Shown here in pieces: positions 59,169-64,000 of a stretch of 64,000 nt of DNA. Made by a program: the position numbers and the translations under genes. The notes beneath the pieces were generated by a model. That model worked only from the letters and a program-made list of their open reading frames with translations, was not told the DNA's origin and made no database searches. Origin of the DNA: Acetatifactor sp. Lineage in GTDB: Bacteria > Bacillota > Clostridia > Lachnospirales > Lachnospiraceae. Each line of letters starts with the position of its first letter. Within the stretch, counting starts at the first letter, position 1. Location of the stretch: the NCBI GenBank assembly GCA_045634745.1, contig JAZRAX010000028.1:1674-65673 (forward strand). Direction: 5' to 3'.

Positions 59169-60209
59169 ATGATACTTTTTAACTGTGATTACAACGAAGG
59201 TGCACACGAAAGCATCTTAAAACGTTTATGTGAAACCAATTTAGAACAAACCATGGGCTACGGCGAAGATCACTATTGTCAGGAAGCCGCTGCCAAAATC
59301 AAAGGGCTTTGTGCAGACACTTCCGTAGACGTACATTTTCTGGTAGGTGGCACACAGGCTAATTTAACCGTTATTGATGCAGCTCTTCGCAGCCATCAGG
59401 GTGTCCTTTGCGCAAGTACCGGACATATTAACGTTCACGAAACCGGTGCCATTGAAGCTTGTGGTCACAAGGTGCTGGCCCTTCCCTCTGCTGATGGCAA
59501 ACTCACTGCCAAGCAAATCGAGGATGCCTATTTAGAGCACAAAAATAACGATGCCTTTGAACACATGGTTCAACCAAAAATGGTATACCTCTCTTTCCCT
59601 ACAGAGTTGGGAACTATTTATTACAAAGAAGAGTTAGAAGCCATTTCTTCTATCTGCCGTGCCTGCCACTTATATTTGTTTATTGACGGAGCCCGCTTAG
59701 GTTATGGTCTGGCGGCTGCCGACAACGATATTACTTACGCAGACTTAGCTGCCCTTAGCGATGTATTTTACATTGGCGGTACCAAACAGGGCGCTCTGTT
59801 TGGTGAAGCCGTAGTTATTAGTCACCCTGATTTGCAACAGGACTTCCGCTATTTTATCAAACAAAAAGGTGGTATGCTTGCCAAGGGACGTTTGTTAGGA
59901 CTTCAGTTCCTGACTTTGTTAGAAGACAACCTTTATATGAAACTTGCCTCTCACGCCGACCAATTGGCAGACCGGCTCAGGGATGCCTTTCGTGAGTGTG
60001 GATTCCCCTTCCTGGTAGAAAGCCGCACAAACCAGATTTTTGTTATCATGCCGGATAGTGTTCTGAATTCTTTGGCCGAAAATTATAGTTACTCCTACGA
60101 CCATCGCATTGACGAAACCCACAGTGCCGTTCGCTTCTGTACCTCCTGGGCTACCACAGAAGATGCTGTTAACCAATTCATATCCGACTTACACTCCTTA
60201 AAATACTAA
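59169..60209 (+). CDS. ltaE: Low-specificity L-threonine aldolase
   Basis: FNCDYNEG, GGTQANL, HINVHETGA, DGARL and IGGTK (PLP lysine). Confidence 0.92.
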   Translation: MILFNCDYNEGAHESILKRLCETNLEQTMGYGEDHYCQEAAAKIKGLCADTSVDVHFLVGGTQANLTVIDAALRSHQGVLCASTGHINVHETGAIEACGHKVLALPSADGKLTAKQIEDAYLEHKNNDAFEHMVQPKMVYLSFPTELGTIYYKEELEAISSICRACHLYLFIDGARLGYGLAAADNDITYADLAALSDVFYIGGTKQGALFGEAVVISHPDLQQDFRYFIKQKGGMLAKGRLLGLQFLTLLEDNLYMKLASHADQLADRLRDAFRECGFPFLVESRTNQIFVIMPDSVLNSLAENYSYSYDHRIDETHSAVRFCTSWATTEDAVNQFISDLHSLKY

Positions 60210-60216
60210 ACATATA

Positions 60217-60257
60217 AAACCGCCACAGCCATGCTTCTCTCTGCACTGTGGCGGTTT
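60217..60257. terminator. Bidirectional terminator
   Basis: AAACCGCCACAG...CTGTGGCGGTTT between convergent ltaE and MFS genes. Confidence 0.8.
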
Positions 60258-60277
60258 GGTTATTCACTCCGACCTAT

Positions 60278-61474
60278 CTACTCTGCCTGATGCGTCTTCC
60301 ACTTTACCAAGGAAAGTCCCACCAACATTACCACCGGAAATACTATAGCCGTTAAAATACCTACCTTCAAGTTACCATCACTGGCATTTGCTACAAATCC
60401 TACCACACTGGGACCGGAGGAACATCCCAAATCTCCTGCCAAAGCCATAAAGGCGTACATGGCCGTTCCGCCTCCCGGTAGCTTCAGTGCTGCCAAGCTA
60501 AAAGTACCCGGCCAGAAAATACCTACCGTAAAACCACATAAGGCACAACCTATTAATCCTATAAACGGACTTCCCACCAAGGACGCTGTCAAATAACAAA
60601 GAACGCAAAGTACTGCACTCCCCTTCATCATTATCTGCAACGGTAATTTATCACTATACTTTCCATAAAGCGCTCTGGCGGTTCCCATAAATATGGCAAA
60701 CGCACATGGACCTGCCAAATCTCCTACCGTCTTTGATACTTTTAAGCCTAACTCTGCAAATGCAGAAGCCCATTGACTCATTGCCTGCTCCGAAGCACCT
60801 GCACATATCATTAGCAAAATCAATATCCAGAAGACCTTTTGGCTTAACAATCCTTTTATGGAAATCTTTTCATTTTCACTTACAATAGGGTATATGGGTA
60901 CCAGCATAAAATAGAACACGTTAAACATTGGCACAAGTGCCCACAAGCAAGCCATCAGCTTCCAACTTCCAATACCGCATACACTGAAAAAAAGCGTAGA
61001 TAGCAATACCACTCCTACATGTCCCCAGCAATAAAAAGAATGCAACAGACTCATGGCCGCTTCCTTCTTTTTCGTAGGACACGCTTCCACTACCGGACTG
61101 ATAAGCACCTCCATAATGCCTCCACCGATAGCATAAAGTACTACTGCAACCAAAATACCTACATACGCATTGCCCAAAAGTTGTGGCAAAATTGCCAGTC
61201 CTATCAATCCAAGCACAATACAGCCATGTCCAAATACCAACGACGGACGGTATCCCACCTTATCTACTACCTTAACCGCCAACAAATCCACCAATAGCTG
61301 TACCAAGAAGTTAAGCGTAGTAATAAAAGTAATTTTGTCCAAGCTCAAACCATAATCTGCCACAAAAGTCAAAAACAAAAGTGGTACAAAATTATTTACA
61401 ATTGCCTGGCTAATATATCCAATATAACAAGCATAAATCGTATGATTATAATTTTTCCTAATACTTTGAAACAT
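60278..61474 (-). CDS. MFS transporter (fucose/sugar permease-like)
   Basis: 12 hydrophobic helices, DKVGYR loop and LLHSFYCWG. Start at ATG 61474. Confidence 0.9.
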   Translation of the reverse strand: MFQSIRKNYNHTIYACYIGYISQAIVNNFVPLLFLTFVADYGLSLDKITFITTLNFLVQLLVDLLAVKVVDKVGYRPSLVFGHGCIVLGLIGLAILPQLLGNAYVGILVAVVLYAIGGGIMEVLISPVVEACPTKKKEAAMSLLHSFYCWGHVGVVLLSTLFFSVCGIGSWKLMACLWALVPMFNVFYFMLVPIYPIVSENEKISIKGLLSQKVFWILILLMICAGASEQAMSQWASAFAELGLKVSKTVGDLAGPCAFAIFMGTARALYGKYSDKLPLQIMMKGSAVLCVLCYLTASLVGSPFIGLIGCALCGFTVGIFWPGTFSLAALKLPGGGTAMYAFMALAGDLGCSSGPSVVGFVANASDGNLKVGILTAIVFPVVMLVGLSLVKWKTHQAE

Positions 61475-61518
61475 AATTCTCTCCATAACAAAACAGCACT
61501 TAATCGTGCTGCTTTGTT

Positions 61519-62913
61519 TTACTGTATTCTTAATGCAATCCTCGTGCCCAATAAAAATCTGCCACATTCATTCAAATGACAACCGTCTGACAAATACACT
61601 TGCCAATTCTCTGCGGTAATAGGTAGCTCATTAAAATTATCCAAGACTTCTACATTCATCTCTTCTGCCAACTGCAACACCGCATCCGCATACTCTTTAA
61701 GGTTTCCGCCATTTTCACTTTGAATCCCCTCACCATACTCAAAATACACTGTATAATTGGGAGTATTTAACATAATGGTTGCTTCCGGATAGGTCTCCTG
61801 CAAACTCTTTATCGCGGTCCGTAAAGCACCACTATAGGTGGTAATATCATAAGCATCCTCTCCGTCCACAGGATAACCGTTGAAATAATCATTTAAGCCA
61901 AGATTGAACACAAACATCAGCTTATTATCCTTTTTCTCACGATTCATAAACTTTGTAATTCCCACGCTCACCTGTTCTTCCTGCGGCAACGCTGAAACAT
62001 CCCCATTAATCAAAGCCTCTGTAATCATAGGAATAGGATATTGGTCCTTTTCTCCCAGGGCGGCACTTCGTCCGCCATATCCGCAATTGTAAACATTTGC
62101 TCCGGTAAGTGAACTTACCACTTCCGGTACAGACATACTGTCCGCATAGTTTGCAATGATACTGTCACCGAAAAATACAATATCCAAACCTGCTCCATCC
62201 GGATAAGTTATCGGTTCCTCACGATACAAACGAATCAATTCCCTCATTTGATTTATTTCAGTTTCTATAGTCTCTGTTTTCAATATATATGGATGCTGAT
62301 TATCACAATTACACATCAAAAACCGGGATACTGCCTCATTGGTCATTCCATCTGCTTCATAATTTGCTTTATTACAAATCAGCCACTCTTCTCCACTGAA
62401 AAAATAAGTTCCGGCATTGGGCAGACCTATCATCCACTGTGCAAACACCTGATACTCTTGCAAAATTTCTTCACATTTTTCCGGGCTCATATTTAACCAA
62501 TAGGTTATCTGCGGATGTGCTAATGCTATCTCAAACTTAATCTGAGGATTCTCCTGAATCATGATTACAATATCTTCTTTTGTGGTTTTCTCCGGATCGA
62601 TGCCCAAATACACTGTGGTTACCACATTCTCCGTTGCATTAATCTGATCCATAAACCAACGCATTACTTTTCCGTTAGGTATTACATAATCACAACGTAC
62701 TGCCTGCATCCCACGGAAGTACATATAATCACTTTCCACATAATTGTCTGTAGGATACATAGATAGAAAGACCGTATCATAGCTTTCCTTCTCTAAACGT
62801 TCCAAATCCGGCTTCATCTTAAGATACCATCCCAGCAAAAAGGCTGCACCGAATATCAAAACCGCCAATATAATACCAACAATAATCCCTATTACTTTTT
62901 TCTTACCTTTCAC
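61519..62913 (-). CDS. Membrane-anchored SGNH/GDSL hydrolase with uncharacterised N-domain
   Basis: FFGDSI, GYGG, GLND and DGCHL blocks; N-terminal TM helix. Confidence 0.88.
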   Translation of the reverse strand: MKGKKKVIGIIVGIILAVLIFGAAFLLGWYLKMKPDLERLEKESYDTVFLSMYPTDNYVESDYMYFRGMQAVRCDYVIPNGKVMRWFMDQINATENVVTTVYLGIDPEKTTKEDIVIMIQENPQIKFEIALAHPQITYWLNMSPEKCEEILQEYQVFAQWMIGLPNAGTYFFSGEEWLICNKANYEADGMTNEAVSRFLMCNCDNQHPYILKTETIETEINQMRELIRLYREEPITYPDGAGLDIVFFGDSIIANYADSMSVPEVVSSLTGANVYNCGYGGRSAALGEKDQYPIPMITEALINGDVSALPQEEQVSVGITKFMNREKKDNKLMFVFNLGLNDYFNGYPVDGEDAYDITTYSGALRTAIKSLQETYPEATIMLNTPNYTVYFEYGEGIQSENGGNLKEYADAVLQLAEEMNVEVLDNFNELPITAENWQVYLSDGCHLNECGRFLLGTRIALRIQ

Positions 62914-63533
62914 AGCGTTTCGCGCCTTTCAATCACTAAATACGTATTTTTATAAAAAGGCATATACCATGCCCTAGTGTTCCAATATTTTAAAAACTCT
63001 TCCGATTTCAGTCTACGGTTAAAAAACTCTTCTTTGCAATTCGTTAAGTAACGAAGCGATTCTGCAATAAAAACTTCCTCTTCATTGTATCCTACAATAG
63101 GAACATAATGAAGCCAATTTTTATCCAGTCGAGTTTTCACAAAGGCAATCACACGATTTCCCTTACTTAATTCTGCTTTTACGGAATTCAAGTCTCCCCG
63201 CATAAAACGCACCCGAAAACCATACTCCTGCAATAGCTTTTTCAAGTTTTTGGGTAATACTGCTCCATTTTTTAATCGTCCCGGCATTTTAGCATACAGC
63301 TCATTTCCGTCTGCTTCCACCCCAAAGCTTCTTAGCACATGTGCTGAAGAAAAACCTGAACATTCCGTACTTCTCTGCAACGCCAAGCGGTTTTTGTTTT
63401 GTAAGAGAAAACTTTTTTCACCGGCACTTTTATGAAAGTTCGGCTTGGCAAAGCCTATAATAAGCCAATCCAAAACTGCAATAATAATTATTATACTTAT
63501 TACGAGGATTAATAATCCTATTACCAGCTTCAT
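62910..63533 (-). CDS. C39-like cysteine peptidase with N-terminal anchor
   Basis: Q..TEC (catalytic Cys) and LHYVPIVGY...AES (His plus acidic residue). Confidence 0.75.
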   Translation of the reverse strand: MKLVIGLLILVISIIIIIAVLDWLIIGFAKPNFHKSAGEKSFLLQNKNRLALQRSTECSGFSSAHVLRSFGVEADGNELYAKMPGRLKNGAVLPKNLKKLLQEYGFRVRFMRGDLNSVKAELSKGNRVIAFVKTRLDKNWLHYVPIVGYNEEEVFIAESLRYLTNCKEEFFNRRLKSEEFLKYWNTRAWYMPFYKNTYLVIERRETL

Positions 63534-63572
63534 GCTCTTTCTCCTACCCGCTTCCTCACTGCAACCATACAG

Positions 63573-64000
63573 CTACATGGTTTCATAAATCACAAATTGA
63601 TTCTTTCCTTTGCGCTTTGCTTCATATAGTGCCGCATCTGCCTTGGCATACAATTCTTCCAGTGTCTCACCGTCGGAAGGATACAAACTGACACCTACAC
63701 TACCGGACAAATCCAAATCTGAATAATCCACACAAACATTACGAATAGCGGTTAATAACTCCCGCGCCTTCTTTCTGGCAGCTACCACACCACCGCTGTT
63801 TCGCATAAATGCAAAGAACTCATCACCACCGACTCTTCCTACAATATCGCTATCTCTAAAACACTTCCTCATGGCCTTGGCAAGTAATGCTAAAAATTCA
63901 TCTCCTGCCTGGTGTCCAAAGGTATCATTTACCTGTTTAAAATTATCCATGTCCACCATGAACAATACATGCTTTTGCTTTGCTTCCTCTTCCAACACCT
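63573..64000 (-). CDS. Diguanylate cyclase (GGDEF), 5'-truncated by the window edge
   Basis: DMDNFKQVND.FGH..GD, RVGGDEF and ADAALYEAK..GKN. Confidence 0.93.
   Translation of the reverse strand, partial: VLEEEAKQKHVLFMVDMDNFKQVNDTFGHQAGDEFLALLAKAMRKCFRDSDIVGRVGGDEFFAFMRNSGGVVAARKKARELLTAIRNVCVDYSDLDLSGSVGVSLYPSDGETLEELYAKADAALYEAKRKGKNQFVIYETM

Noticed and set aside
1-64000. tRNA, rRNA, prophage or defence-island genes
   Set aside because: No such signatures were recognised on either strand by eye; a tRNAscan/Infernal run would be needed to exclude them fully.

Overview
Chromosomal window from a low-GC Firmicute; gene content and style point to Lachnospiraceae (inference). Most genes lie on the minus strand. 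Housekeeping genes: DUF1846 (partial), a clostripain-like protease, gntR-clpC-hyp-radA, purE-M-N-D, an M29 aminopeptidase, pyrE, a stand-alone trpB under a Trp T-box, pyrF, carD, tcdA, copA, two MATE pumps, ltaE and an MFS transporter. A pectin/galacturonate utilisation locus of about 19.5 kb spans 25246-44780. It has AraC, CE8, GH28, GH105, kduI/kduD, uxaA/uxaB and an odd ABC system with two ATPases, a 725-aa binding protein and five orphan membrane proteins. The most striking unexplained structure is a roughly 4-kb module at 19565-23582, bounded by two direct copies of a 250-bp palindromic element. The copies align without gaps at about 73% identity and carry GCGGTCTAT motifs exactly 81 bp apart. 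The module holds small cassette-like cargo genes and a divergent PD-(D/E)xK/Vsr-like nuclease whose apparent start codon is ACG. Second is a Ro60-like DUF2828 vWA gene preceded by its own promoter and a structured leader/sRNA candidate of about 150 nt. No rRNA, tRNA, CRISPR array, integrase or recognisable transposase was seen. All calls come from manual reading; no searches were run.
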